From assembly GCF_009914755.1 (NCBI RefSeq), contig NC_060931.1: DNA of 64,000 nt; one strand, 5' to 3'. The stretch is from the human T2T-CHM13v2.0 reference genome, Homo sapiens. Positions 28,900-44,352 of the stretch are shown here, piece after piece (the first letter of the stretch is position 1; every line of letters begins with the position of its first letter). A model generated the notes under the pieces. That model did no database searches, was not told where the DNA came from, and was given only the letters and a program-made list of their open reading frames with translations. Made by a program: the position numbers and the translations under genes.

Positions 28900-30270
28900 T
28901 AATATTAGAGTAGCTTGAGGACATCAGTGCTCCCACCACAAATAACCAGAAAGTCTTGATGGAATATATAACAACATCTATCCAAGGCATCAAAGGGCTG
29001 CTGAGGCAACCTCAACTAGAAGGATCAAGATTCCAGGGCAGCAGAGAATTGAGCTGGCATTCTACAGCCACTTTCTTCCTGGAGGCATTTACTAATTCTG
29101 GGTGTAGGACAAGAGGCTGAGAACCCAAGCTCTGCCTGGGAAGACAGCCACTGCCGGGGGTAGGGAAAGCAGCACACCTTCTGGCACTTGCGGGGATGGA
29201 GTGACAAAACTGGAGAGAGACCTGCGGGGCTAAGATATCAGTGGAAGAGAGGCAGAGACATGAGCTTGTTACACAGCTACTTTTCCCTGTAAGACAACTG
29301 TCAATTTCTAAAGCTGCAAAGGATGAAGCTAAAAAGCTGAACAGAAAGAAAAATGCAAACCAGCTGCCTTGATGTGTTAAAAAGATAAGAATAAGAGTTC
29401 AAGAGGCATCGGGAAATTGGATCCTGGTGAATATCACAGTCTTAGTTGGAACCCCTGGTCCCCAGAGGACACAAAAACTTAACTCCCTTAGAGTTCTGAC
29501 TCAGCTCAATCTTTGATTGGAGTAAGGTATATAACCCCCAACATAACTGTCTAGTGAAGGAAAGGGTGACTCCTCTTCAGAGAAAGAAAACTACTGGGGC
29601 CTCTACAATTTTTCATGTACAGTACTAAGGATTCAATAAAATATTACCAGGTATGCCATAAGACGGGACCAAATGACCAAAAATCAGGATGAAAAAAGAC
29701 CATAAAAATAAACAAATGGGTGACCTAGACATTGAAGTTAGCAGGGCTTTAAAATAACTATGACTATATGTTCAAAAAAAAAAAAAAAAAAAAAACAGAA
29801 AAAGACAGAAAGCTGATGAAAAGATAGAAATTTTCAACAGAATTCTAATCTGTTAAAAAAAAAAAAAAGAATCAAATGAAATTTTTTACACTGAAAATGT
29901 TAACTGAATTAAGAAGTCAATAGATGGTTTAATATAAGATTAGCAAAACAGAAGACAAAATAAGTGAAATGAGTAAAAAAAAATATCCAAAGGGAACTCC
30001 AGAGAAGAATAAATGGAAGGAAAATATGTAAAGGAATCTATGAGGCATGTAGAACACAGTGAAAAGCTCTAACATACTTTTCATTACAGTCCCAGAAGGA
30101 TAAGGAAAAATGGAAAGGAACAAGAGCAACATTTAAAGAGATAACAACAGAATTTTCCAAAACTGATAAGACATCAACCTACAAACTCAAGAAGCTCTGC
30201 AATAAGCAGGATAAATATAAAGTCACACCTAAGGTGCATCATAGTAAAAAGAAAATTAGGCAAAAGAAAA
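28900..30270 (+). mobile_element. Ancient L1M 5' region/ORF1 remnant
   Basis: A-rich ORF1-like decay: aatcaaatgaaattttttacactgaaaatg, cagtcccagaagga, gaattttccaaaactgat, ctcaagaagctc. Left edge uncertain. Confidence 0.65.
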
Positions 30271-30439
30271 ACGACTTGTAGAGTAATAAGTGCTCTGCCT
30301 ATGGAAGATTATAAGACTGATGAGACACACTAGGCAGAGACTGCAAACTCAAATTCTTACAGAAGTCTTCACCTGTGGGGCAAGGGATTGCATCTTCACA
30401 TGGAAAGGGGTTAATCTGTGGATTAATGGAAATGATGGA

Positions 30440-30680
30440 GTACATCAAGCATCATGCTAGAGACTTAATATCAGATATCTCATTTCATCCTGACTTAAAA
30501 GAAAAAACAAACAAACCCTACTGAGAGTTAAGTATAATTATCCTGTTTTACAGATTTTCAGCAAAAACTGGTGATCAGAGATTTTAAGTAATTTCCTCAA
30601 GACATACAGTGGGTAGAGGAGAAGCTAAAGTTCAAATTCAGCTATGAGTGCTCTAAAGTCAATACCTTCTATAACACACT
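30440..30680 (-). mobile_element. MIR
   Basis: attatcctgttttacagat...cagagattttaagtaatttcctcaagacatacag. Confidence 0.65.
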
Positions 30681-30798
30681 CCAAAATCTCCAAAGAAAAT
30701 GATGCTACAAATCACAACAGAAGCCTATTCTAAACCTAGAAATAATTATAAACTGTGTGATCATTAGAAAATGTTTTAAAATATGTTTATTTAGCAGG

Positions 30799-31497
30799 TG
30801 CATTAGCTAGCTATTGTTGTGTAACAAATTATGCCAACACTTGCTGATTTACTTACTTTATTATTATTTTCTATAAAGATAGAGACTCATTATGTTGCCC
30901 AGGCTGGACTCAAACTCATAGGTTCAAGAAATCTTCTCGCCTCAGCCTTCCAAGTAGCTAAGACTACAAGCATGTGCCACACTCCTGGCCACCAAAATGT
31001 ACTGATTTAAAACAACAATAAATATGTATTCGTTTACAGTTTCTAAGGGTAGGCAATTCAGAAGTGGCTTAGCTGAGTGGTTCACTGAGGACTTCTCACG
31101 GCGTTGCAGACAAGATGTCAGCTAGGGCTGTAACTATCAGAAGGCCTGACTGGGTTTAGAGGATCTGCTTCCAAGATGGCTCAATCAAATGGCTGGCAAG
31201 TTGGTCCTCACTGTTGGCAGAAGTTGCCAACACTCTTGGATCACTCACTCCGGAGGAAGCCACTTGCCATGTTCTGATCAAGCAGCCCTGTGGAGGGGTC
31301 CACGAAGCAAGAGTGATCCAAGAGGAAACAAAGTGGAAGCCCCATCCATGTTTCATATGGCCTCAGATGGAACACTGTCATTTCTACAATATCCTTTCAG
31401 TCATACGGGTCAGTCATGATTCAGTGTGGGAGGTGCAGGCACAGAGCATGAATAATAGGAGGTAAGGATCACTGGAGGCCATCATGCAGGCTATTTC
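30799..31497 (-). mobile_element. MLT1 (F/G/H-type) MaLR solo LTR, interrupted by FLAM
   Basis: tgcattagctagctattgttgtgtaacaaa...gtggcttagctgagtggttc...gatctgcttccaagatggctca. Confidence 0.8.
30853..30990 (-). mobile_element. FLAM (Alu monomer) nested in MLT1
   Basis: Monomer with degenerate TSD ccaacacttgctgattta / ccaaaatgtactgattta. Confidence 0.85.
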
Positions 31498-32494
31498 GTG
31501 TCTACTGATAAGCTGTCTTAAATTCAATTCCCTTGTTATACATAAGCTATTAGCTGTTTATTTCGGATGCAAGTATTAAAAACAAAGATGATATACCTGT
31601 TATTAACTTTCCAAGAATAACTTTAAGAACTAATAGCAACAAAAGGGAAGTATATGCACAGTTATCCATAGGGCCTACACATTTCTATGAAAAGGTAGTG
31701 ATCATCTACCCAACCCAAGGAGCTGTTACACCTCAAAACTGACCTGTTTTTAACAGAAAATATAAAATAGCTAATTAGCCAAGTCTAAAAAATGTGAAAA
31801 AAGAAAACTGCAAAAAACAACAGACACTTCTACTTATGTAAATACAAGCAAGAAAGAGAAATCATTACAAAGTTAATATTAAATGTAGCACAGATGATGT
31901 GTGCATTCTGAAGTAAACATGTTAAATACAAATTGAATCCTGAGTGTTAGTCTTTATAATAAGATGCCACATGTTGCTCAAGTCTGGACATCAAATGTGC
32001 ATCCAATGTGAAAAGTTAATTCTAGCCTCTTGACTATTTTGCATAAAAGCACTCATCCACGGACCATTAGATAAAGTTACTGTAAATAAGGTTTTCCTGT
32101 CTTACTTATAAGTGAAAACTAAATAATTTCTCACACATAAATATACAAAAATAAATGTTTTCACAACACAGCTCAGTGAAGCATCCTTACGGGGTTTCAA
32201 AAACCATAAATAAAATGAAAACTCCAATATTAGGCATTTGATGTATCATTTCACGCTTTTCTGACGGGTATCTTTTATGTTAAGTTAAAAGTAGGGTAAA
32301 GATGAATTTTTTAAGGTTTTTTTTTTCCTTCTTGCTGTAAACAAAGAAAATAGAAAGTGATTGAAAAATACGATTCATGGAGGTTATTCTGCTGCTGCTG
32401 ACTCTATATCACACTTTAAATAAAAAACATTTAAAAATCTAGTAGATTATAGAGTTTCTCTTTAACTAAAAAAATAATAATAATAGAAAAAAGG

Positions 32495-33784
32495 TTTCAT
32501 GCAGTTTGGACTTCCACGGTAAACAACCCAGTGTTAATAAAAAGCAAATCAATAATTTTTGTTAAATTTTAATAATCCTACAAACCTACAAATAAAACCA
32601 TCAACAGTCTGAGTTAAGATGACAGTTAACTGCGTTTCTATGACAACCTAGTGGAATAGTACAAGTCCTGACTTGCAGCTAAGCGAAGATATGAACAGAG
32701 TGACATTTACCCATACAAGAAAAATTTGCGGCTTTCTTTTAAAAAGAATCAATTCCTCAACTCACATAGATTTTTACTAAGTGTAGAGCACTTTTAATTA
32801 AAGACAAGTCCTTTATACCATCCTACAGAATTCTAAACACTATCTGAAAATAAATGTCACATCATGGTCAATCTTACTGAGTTTTGGACTTAGGAGGAGG
32901 GAAATTACTTTTAAGGATAACAAATCAAAGCATTTAAAGACTTCTCCCTGAAAAACTGTTTAGTGATGTTGTTACAGTGTTACCATGGGGTAAATTTTCA
33001 TGGAGGAAGTCCTGTTTACCTAACTTGGTCTTGTATACCAACAAGAATATTTTACATTTCTTTTCACCTAATAATTTAAAATTTGTATACAAGAAATTGA
33101 TTTTTTCAGTGTTTACAACCAAAAATAATTGTGCAGAATGGGTTCTACATTTTTCATCTTGTTTAAACATATCTTTCACATATATTGGTACATTTTATAT
33201 GGCATCACTGTTACAGGCCAAATGAAGACTTGAATTTTACTTTTTAAAAATGTGTGTCACATGAATTCTAGGGGTTAAGAGAAAGATCATCACATTTTCT
33301 ACTGTTACTACTTACACAGAACTTAAAATGTCACCTCTGGATACCATTTCTTTATTAAAATCCGTTTTGTTTTGTTTTTACAAAATAAAATGATACTCAA
33401 TATACTGATTGGGGAAAGGTGAGATATCTTATAAAGCCCAAATTAGGCTGGTAGAAACCACCACCAGTGGAGCACTCCTCAACTATTCACATCTCACTCT
33501 GTGGAGATGACCTTCATCCTCTCCAGCTTCACCTGAGAAAGACCTCAGCTGAACCTCCAGGAATTTTAATAAGATGAATGGTTTAGTTGGTTTCATGTCA
33601 TCAACTACATCTGACTAGGGGCAAATCCTTTTAATAAATATCCAATGTTTTAAAGCTAGATACAATAGGGAAACACTAATATCCTCAAAAGAAATTCACA
33701 CACAAACACACACAAAAAAAACCTTTCATGCAGTTTGAACTTCCACAGTAAAAAACCAACTATTAATAAAAAGAAAATCGATAA
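32495..33784 (+). repeat. Dispersed 61-bp direct repeat (32495-32555 and 33724-33784)
   Basis: Ungapped manual alignment, 53/61 identical. Confidence 0.9.
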
Positions 33785-35039
33785 CCAACCCTGGGGATGA
33801 AGCTATAAAATACAGGTTTTCTTCCTCTAGAACATTCTTTCTAGAACTCTAATTACCTATGGGGAATTGAAATATCCAAAATTAGTAGTGGACCTTACAA
33901 GCTTAACATATAAAAAACAGCTATCAAAATCCTGTATCAGAACATTTGAATTTTAGGAAATTTGCATTTTAAAAAATTCTCTCTTTACAAATAATTCAAT
34001 TTGTAGAAGCCCTATGACTAAAATATTTCTTTGCTATTACTATTAAGAGGAGAGAATAGAAAGATAAAACACAGTTGGTACCAAATACAAATAAATTTTT
34101 AAGAGCATAATTAAAATTAATACAATCAATCAAAACACATCTTGAGTTTCAAAAACATATAACAATATTTTAAGGAATAGTTCCAGTCACTATCACAGGA
34201 TATTAACACATTAACAACACGCACAAAAGGCAACATACACAGGAGCTACATATTATTGGATATTCACATTTATTTGAAACTATAACATTATCACTAAAAG
34301 TACATGAATAATATAGGACATCTCCAAATTTGTCACATTCGTATTAAAGTTTTCCATAAAGTGTAGAAAAGATCCAAGATGAGAAAAAAGAATGCCTAAA
34401 AAAGAACCTGAAGGTAAAGTTCAAAATGAATCAAAAAGTCTTCAATCAGCTTTGTATCGCCCACCACACCTCATCCCAAGAAAGAATGCTACTTCCTTAA
34501 AAAGACAACTGTAACTATTAATACTGTATGCTATAGTTCTATTAAAGAAAGATCATTTTATTTACACACAAAGATGACTATCTGGTAGGAAAGATGGCTT
34601 TATAGATCCTTCTAAAGTGTCAAAACGTATCAAGAAAACTACATAAACAAGCTGAAAGAGTAACTTCTGGTTTCCATTAATAACACAAGGTATTATAGCT
34701 GCCTCAATGACCAAACTTTTTAAGAAAGTGACATGAAGATAATGGAATTCATCTACAATAAAACAACTGTGGTCAAAGCTCCCAGCATGCCTTTCCATCA
34801 GACTGCTGAGAGATAGGCAATTACATTCTTATATGAATGCAAAAAATGTTGTTAAATTTTCAACTTACAAGCAATATTGCTATTAAGGAAAAAATATATT
34901 AATTTTTAAAGTAGCTGAAATTAGGAGCTGATAAATGTAATCTGGATGGCATGGGTCTACTTTTTCAAACAGAAAATTCAGCATGAGTTTACTATACCCA
35001 CATATTATTATTTAAAGCATAAAATACATACGGTTAAAT

Positions 35040-35263
35040 GAGTAGTTCTCAGCCAGAGGTGATTTTTGTCCCCCAGGGACATTTATTTGGCAATGTCTAG
35101 AGTCATTTTTGTTGTCACAGTTGGGTGGGGGAAAGGTGCTACTGACATCTAGCAGGTAGAGGCCAGGGATTATGCTAAACAATTTACAATGCACAAGACA
35201 CTCTCCCAGAACAAAAAATTATCCAGCCCAAAGTGCCAGTAGCCCCAAGGTTGAAAAATTCTG
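35040..35263 (+). mobile_element. MER20 (hAT-Charlie)
   Basis: agtagttctcagcc...ttggcaatgtctagagtcattttt...tagaggccagggattatgctaaac...ggttgaaaaattctg. Confidence 0.9.
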
Positions 35264-37194
35264 GATTAAATAAATTTCACAAGATAAAATATTACATTTA
35301 CATTAAAATCTGTTTTCAAAGACAATTTAATAACAAAAAGAAATGTTCTCACAATGTCTTTCTAAGTGAAAGAATAGGTCATAAAACCTGCTTTGTATGA
35401 TCCAAATTTTATTTAAGAAATGTATATGCATATATGGGGGGAAGATGAGAAGAATAAACACCAATATAGTAATTTCCCTAAGGTCGGTTTCTTCCTCTGT
35501 AGAATGGGGATGAAAATAGAAATCACATCACCCGGTTGCTGTAACTATTAAAGATAGCAAATAAAAAAAATCACTGTTGTGAGCTATTGCCAATATTTTC
35601 TAAATTTTCTAAAACAAACATATTTATTATAAAAACGGTTCAACATCCTCTTCAACACTTTGTATCTACTGAGCTAAGATTTTTATCTCTCAAAGCTGCT
35701 TTGCTTTACCGTAACACACTAACCAGAAAACTGAGAAGTTGAGCCCCTAATAATTGAGGAGCTCTACTTAAGATTCACAAGATATGCAGTCTTCATAAAC
35801 CCTGGTCTCTCCTGTGCCCTGTAGTATTAGAATTTCATGTTCAATTCAAGGAGGAAAAAATAAGGTGAAGGTTCCCATGCCCTAAGCCACATACCATAAA
35901 CAGGATCAACTCCCATCATTTAGTTTATATTGGGAAAGCGATAAGAATATATAGAAGAGGGGAAAAAATGAGAAAAGCAAATAAGCTTTTCATTTCCTTC
36001 TAGCCATATGGAATAACCTCACCAATCTTCAAGCTATGCCATTCAGGTGGACAATTTCCGCCACTAAAGCCAACATAACCCTCTTTTCCTCTCTTGCCAA
36101 TATCCCTTGGTGATCACAAGATCCTCAGAAGCAGAGTTTATGCCTTTTCATTGTTCTGAACTTCACCTAACAGAACTGTGGGTACCTAATAAAGACCAGT
36201 GAAAACAAACGTATGTAGTAACAGCAGACCAGGTTTGGTAAGCAGCTTTTCTAAGACATTCTCATTTAGATTTCCACACAGGAAAATCCAAATCATAGAA
36301 TATTAACCAAAGGAACCTCAGAGATCATCTAAACTATGTGTTACTTCGCAGACACAGAGAAGGAGGGGTAAAAGGGGGAGCAGGGAGGTCGAGGCACCAA
36401 ACAGAAGGAAAGGGCTGGCAATTTTGAAATACCATAAACTAGAATTATAGATAAATTTATAGAAGTGGAACTATATCATCTTCTAGCAGTAGAAGCAAAT
36501 AGAGGTCCTGCAAACTCAGTTGTCAGAAAAACTTACACTTATTTCTAATAAATTTATGTTGTTATACGAAAAAGGAAAATGCTGAAGCTCTTCAAATTAT
36601 TTTGTTTGAGAGGAGATTAAATGCCTCTCGAGCATTTCCAATTGCACATTCCATAAGCCAAGTGCAAAGAAGCAACTTGCTAACCACCCCCACCAAAGCC
36701 TCTACCAGTTTCTCAATAATTTCCAAGAAAAATTAGATAAAGATAAAAATTCACTATAGCAGTAAGCATTAAAATGATTACCAAAATCAAGGAGAAACTG
36801 ACACATTTGTTGAATCTAAATTCCTGACATATTCTGATTTGTTTCAAGAAACATAACCCACCTGAACAAAAGGTATTCAGATGATTTCTAGCTCTCCCAC
36901 CAACCCTCTGTGCCCAAGACTGGGGCTGAGCTTGCCCCAGCCTCACAGAGCCGACCCCTGCCCTACCCCTTAGCTACTCTTTTCCAGAAGGAGAACTATG
37001 CTTGCAGCCTCTGCCCACTGTATCTCCAATCCTCACACATTTTAGCCCTGACCACCATCTTTCTACATCTTTCTTCCACAGGCTGAGACTCTAAACCTCT
37101 ATCACCTGGGCAGTGCCCTCCATGGTCTGGGAGTCCAGCCTTAAGCAGTGCAGGACCAAAGGACCTCTAATAGCAGGAAGGTGGGCACTGCAGG

Positions 37195-38050
37195 GACCAG
37201 AGAAAACTAACAAAAGTAAAGCTAAAATGAATTAATAAACCAGAAAAAAAAATAGTAAGTCCAAGCATTAATACCTTTTACAGACAAATTGAATATGAGA
37301 CACACAAAAAAACAGTGAGAAAATAAAAGCCATTAAAGTACTATCTATCTCATGCAGAAAGGTACATGGCTCAGGCTGTTTCAGTGGCAAGTTCTATTAA
37401 AAACCTTCAAAGAATGGAAAATTCCCAACTTATTTAAGCTGTCCCATAAGAGGCAAATATAAAAACTTCCAAATTCATTTTGATAACCATGATATCAAAA
37501 CTCCCAAACAGTACACCAAAAACAACAAAAAATATACATAAAATTCTGTCATCTCATGTAGAAATTTAAATGTAGAAAGTCTAAATATCATAAATCAAAC
37601 CCCGCATATATTAATAAAAAACATGTAAGATCAAATATTGCAAAAACACAAAGACTGAGTATTAGGAAATCTGACGTCATTTGATCAGTCAGAGGAAAAA
37701 GAAAACGCAGGGCCATCTTGACAGACACTGCAGACAGCATTTATAAAGTTCAACACTTGTTTCTGATCTTAAAAAAGCTTTCAGTAAATACAAAGGTTTC
37801 TTTACCGAAGAGCTAAGAATGAAGAGCCACGAATGACCATTTGAATTCAGAAGTCAACATGATATGGAGCAATGAAATAAGAGAAACATTCCCATCATCA
37901 GCAGGAAACAACGCACAGGTGCCAACAATCACTTCTGCTTTTTTCAAAACCAACTTAGAAGTTTTAGCCAAGGCAAAAGACAAGAAAATGGAAAACGTAA
38001 TAAATTGATCCTAGTTGGTATGGTCTTATTTGAAGACAGTATGACTAGAA
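37195..38050 (+). mobile_element. Ancient L1M ORF2 remnant
   Basis: ggctcaggctgtttcagtggcaagttctattaaaaaccttcaaagaa (GPDGF-type region), ttccaaattcatttt, gaagttttagccaaggcaa. Confidence 0.7.
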
Positions 38051-38560
38051 AGAACAAAACATGGCTTCTGCCAAGACAGAGAGCTGACCTGTGCTGCTGG
38101 CCTTCTACCCCCAACTCAGCCCTGAAGACATGCTAAAAATGAGAGGAAAGAGGGATTCCAGAAATTAACATGCCCAAGTAAGAAACTATGGAGGCACTGA
38201 AACGACCCACAGTGGGGAGCCAGGGGCAACAGTAAGGATGAGGGTCAAGGAAAGCTGGTAGATCCAGCGTTGACCTCTCCCCCGGGTGCCTGGTTTTGCT
38301 TCCCCATTCACTACAGAAATGGGCAGCAACAGCCCAGCCTCACAGGGGTGAGGACTGGCCGGCTGCATTCACTCCTCCATTTTCTCCCTTCCTCCTAACA
38401 AGTAGAGATGCTTGTTAGGGGCTGCTTCCTCTGTGGATTAACTCAAAGTGCACTTCATGAAGGCTCAGAAGAGTCACCTCACAAATTCCCACACTGAATC
38501 GTATTTTTGGAGGAAGTATTCAAATAACAGAAAAAAAAAAATCCAGAAGCTGCTGTAAGA

Positions 38561-38855
38561 CAGTGGTCCCCAACCTTTTTGGCACCAGGGACTGGTTTTG
38601 TGGAAGACAATTTTTCCACCAGGGTGAGGGTGGTGGTGATGGTCTCGGTTTGGGGATGAAATTGTTCCACCTCAGATCATCAGGCATTAGATCCTCATAA
38701 GGAGTGCAACCTAGATCCTTCGCATGCACAGATCACAGTAGGGTTCATGCTTGTATGAGAATCTAATGCTGTGGCTGATCTAACAGGAGGTGGACCGCAG
38801 GCGGTAATGCTCACTCCCCCACTGCGCACATGGACCGGTGGGTTGGAGACCCCTG
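38561..38855 (+). mobile_element. MER1B-like (hAT-Charlie)
   Basis: TIRs cagtggtccccaacc / ggttggagacccctg. 8-bp TSD ctgtaaga / ctgaaata. Confidence 0.9.
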
Positions 38856-40078
38856 CTGAAATAGGTATGAGATGTAAGGACAATCAAGTATCTTAATAAA
38901 GGTCACTAATGTCATTTCTTTAAAAAAAAAAAAAAAGAAAGAAAGAAAATTATCCAAAATCCTACTGAAATTCATAATCAAGAGCCAGTCACAAAACAAA
39001 CTAAAATTTTTCTTTTGCCATTTCTACCATATGCAGCGCATATACACTGTACTAGTTACTTAAAACCTTGGTTACCTTGCCTTTTGTGAAAAGGAAATGA
39101 TAACCTGCACCTCAGAGGACTTTTGTAAGAATTAAATGCAATAAATGTACGTAAAGCACAAAGCTTAGTATCTGGTAATACCCAGTGAATGTCAAATACT
39201 AAAAATACAGCCATGATGTGTATTACAACCCCAACTTCACACTGCAGAACTCATGGCCTCCCTTCTAAGTTACTTCCTATCACATGACCAGACCATAAAA
39301 CCAAACAGTAACACTTCTTATCTAATTACCTCATTGTTTTAAGCTATTAAAAGATGAAGATACATTACTTTTTATTTTACCACATCATTTAAAAAAATTT
39401 TTTTTCACACACATTTAAGTGTGAATCTTGTTATTAGGAATGTAAAAGGAAATGCTACCCTCTCCTATTTTAGCCAAGAACCTCTCCTGGATGCCTGTAA
39501 AGACTAAAAGTAGCCCATGACAGCCCAAATCCCTCACAACTGCCCAATCACTGGTGATGGAAATGATGACAACAGACTAAACCCTTAAGCTCTCTCAGAG
39601 GTTTCCCCACTCCCATCCCTCCCTGATGCGATTCTGAGAGACGTATTTAATCTACTCAGGTCTTTGGGGAAAACAGTCATATTCTAAAGTAAAGAACTGT
39701 GATGACATGGATGCCTGTGAATCTCTGTATTTAAAAACGGCTGCACTGAAACTGAAATAGCTCATGGATGAAAGAAACCTTTGTGCTATTTAGATTTGTT
39801 ATAGCATTTCTTGAGCCTGCAGAGACAGGAATGCCTTAAAGCCTTGACAGCATAGAATCAGGCCCTAATTGTCAAGTGAAATGATCATTTAAACACACTC
39901 TTGAACAATCATCAGAAAAGACACATTTTTATAAATACAGCTCCCCACAGTATTAGCAGTTTCGTCACAACCATTTTCTGTATGTTTTCCTTGCTGGATG
40001 TATTTGACTTCCAAAACTCTGAAATGCGGCCTAATGAAAAGTGTTAAGGAGACAAGGTCATTCAATCAAATTATTTAC

Positions 40079-40552
40079 TGTATTAGTTTCCTATCATTGC
40101 TGTAAAAAAAATGTGACAAACTTAGTAGTATGAAGCGACACAAATTTGTTGTCGTACAGTGCTGTAGATTAGAAGTCTGACACAGATCTCACTGGGCTAA
40201 AATCAGGGTGTCAGTAGTGCTGCCCTCCCCTGGAAGCTGGGGGGAGAATCCCTTTCCTCTCCTTTTCCAGCTTCTGAAAGCGCCGGCATTCCTTGGCTGT
40301 GGGCCCTTCTTCCCTCTTCAAAGCTAGCAAAGGCAGGTTGAATCATTCCCACATCACAGCCTTTTCTCCTGCCTCCCTCTTCCATTTACAAAGACCCTTA
40401 GGATTATACTGGCCCTGTCCAGATAATCTCACTCTCCTACAGTCAGCTGATTAGCAACCTTAATTTTCCCTTGCTGTGTAACATGACATATTCACAGGTT
40501 CCAGGGATTAGGATGTAGACATCTTTGGGGAACCATTATTCTGCCTGTTACA
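40079..40552 (-). mobile_element. MLT1D-like MaLR solo LTR
   Basis: tgtattagtttcct...ctcactgggctaaaatcagggtgtcag...ccattattctgcctgttaca. Confidence 0.85.
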
Positions 40553-41129
40553 GAGAATAATATAAGGATCAGAGAGGATAAAAATGATGGTGAGCAAAAG
40601 AGTTGGAAGCTCTGAGCCAAACTCAAAGCTAAATAAAAAAACTTCTCATTTGTTTGCTCCTAAATTAAATATTGATCCCTGTGAGGACACGGCATGGGAT
40701 AAAACAATTCTCCGGTTGAGTCAGGAGGCGAGGAGTGGTCCTTGTTTCTGTTTGACAAAGGCCTCCTCAAAGCCCTAGTTTCACCATCTCCAAAATGAGG
40801 ACACAACACCAGCTTGACATAATTGTTGAGACGATTAATAAAATCAATTCATTCATTCACTGACGAGCAGCTCTACTAGATACTGGGGCCAGGGTGCCTA
40901 TCCTCACGAAAGTGCCTTGCATACATATGGACAAAAAATAATAAAATAGCAGCAGCAGCATGCTTTCTGAATACCTTTTAATGCCAGGCAAGGTGTCAAA
41001 CACACATTATCTTCTTTAACAGTCACTCAACAAGTGTCCCATACAAGCATTCTAGATTGCACCATTTTGTAATACACAGTACAAGAATTTCTCAGGGCAT
41101 CTCAAAGGTATTTTGCCAACTCAATCTCT

Positions 41130-42695
<1,566 letters not shown>

Positions 42696-43548
42696 TGATC
42701 AACCAGTCAATCTTGGACTGCCTAAAATAATTTTTCTTCTAGGTAGTGAAATTATAAATTCTGCTCAAATATATATCATACCAGGGGAGTTGTTTTCATC
42801 TCTTCAATCTCTAAGAAAGGGGCGTAATAGAGATTCAAAAATCTTGCCCCCAGAAAGTTTCTACTAAGTTTCCAAACATATAATTTTTATAATATATGCT
42901 TCAAAGGGAATGTTTATCCATGCCTGAATGATGCAATAATCAGCAGAACCTGTTAATATTAATAGCTCATTAAATGAAAGAGCAAGTTTGTAAGCCAAGT
43001 GCTATGTGGAAGCTATGTGGACACTATAACCCTATGCTCCATTTTTCTCAGCAATCAATCTCATAACAGGGCACATTACCATTTTTGTTATTAGTTGCCA
43101 TAAATCTGTTTATTAAAATTAATACATGTAAAGAATCAATTTAATTTTCAATAAATGATTCATAATGTTCTACCCACCAAGTGAGATAAATAAATGACTT
43201 TTGTGTGATGCATTTCCTGATTTAAAAAGCTATCTCCTGATTTCTCACAATGACTGGTTTTCATTTTAACAAAACTGAAAAAGAACTCTCTTTGTGGCTG
43301 ATGCACCTAGAAATTGCATTTCATTTTAAAATTAATTTCTCATTCAACTAAATAGCATACAGGTTTATTTTAAATAATTTCAAGTATTTGTCAGTCCACT
43401 TGGTTTTATTAAAATTTACACATCTAACATATTTAAGAACTCCTAACTGGTATTTGGAAGAACTAAACCAGAACTAAATGCACATCTGTTTAGGAGGCAT
43501 GCTTATTTAATAATGGTAACAAAAATTGTAAAGACAAAGGTAACACAA

Positions 43549-43689
43549 TTTTTTTTTATTTGCTTTTTTTGTAGAGAGGAAGGATCACTATGTTACCCAG
43601 GCTGGTCTTGAACTCGTGACCTCAAGCAATCCTCCCACCTCGGCTTCCCAATGTGCTGTGATTACAAGTGTGAGCCACTGCGCCTGGCC
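43549..43689 (-). mobile_element. FLAM_C / Alu left monomer
   Basis: T tail, then gtagagag...gtgagccactgcgcctggcc. Confidence 0.9.
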
Positions 43690-44029
43690 TACACCAATTA
43701 ACTGTTCTGTAACTACCTGCCTTGGCCTGGGCTCTGAGTAATACAATGCGCACACAATCTTTGCTTCAACGGAACAAACTATAGGCAGAATAAGCCTAGT
43801 TCAGCTATTTAGTTGCGTTCACAAATCAAAGGTCTCTGGAACCCTCATCTGGTACAAAGCAGACCTCAAAACACTTCACTTGCTATTTGGTGCTCTTCTC
43901 TTTCCTTAACACTCCTCTTTAGCCTGTTTTTTCCCTTCTTATTCTTCTCTCTGCTGTTCAACTGTAATCTTGAAATGTTAGGCTAATAATTTGATGCTTA
44001 CATTGCAAAGTTCTTTGTACTATACCTAA

Positions 44030-44352
<323 letters not shown>

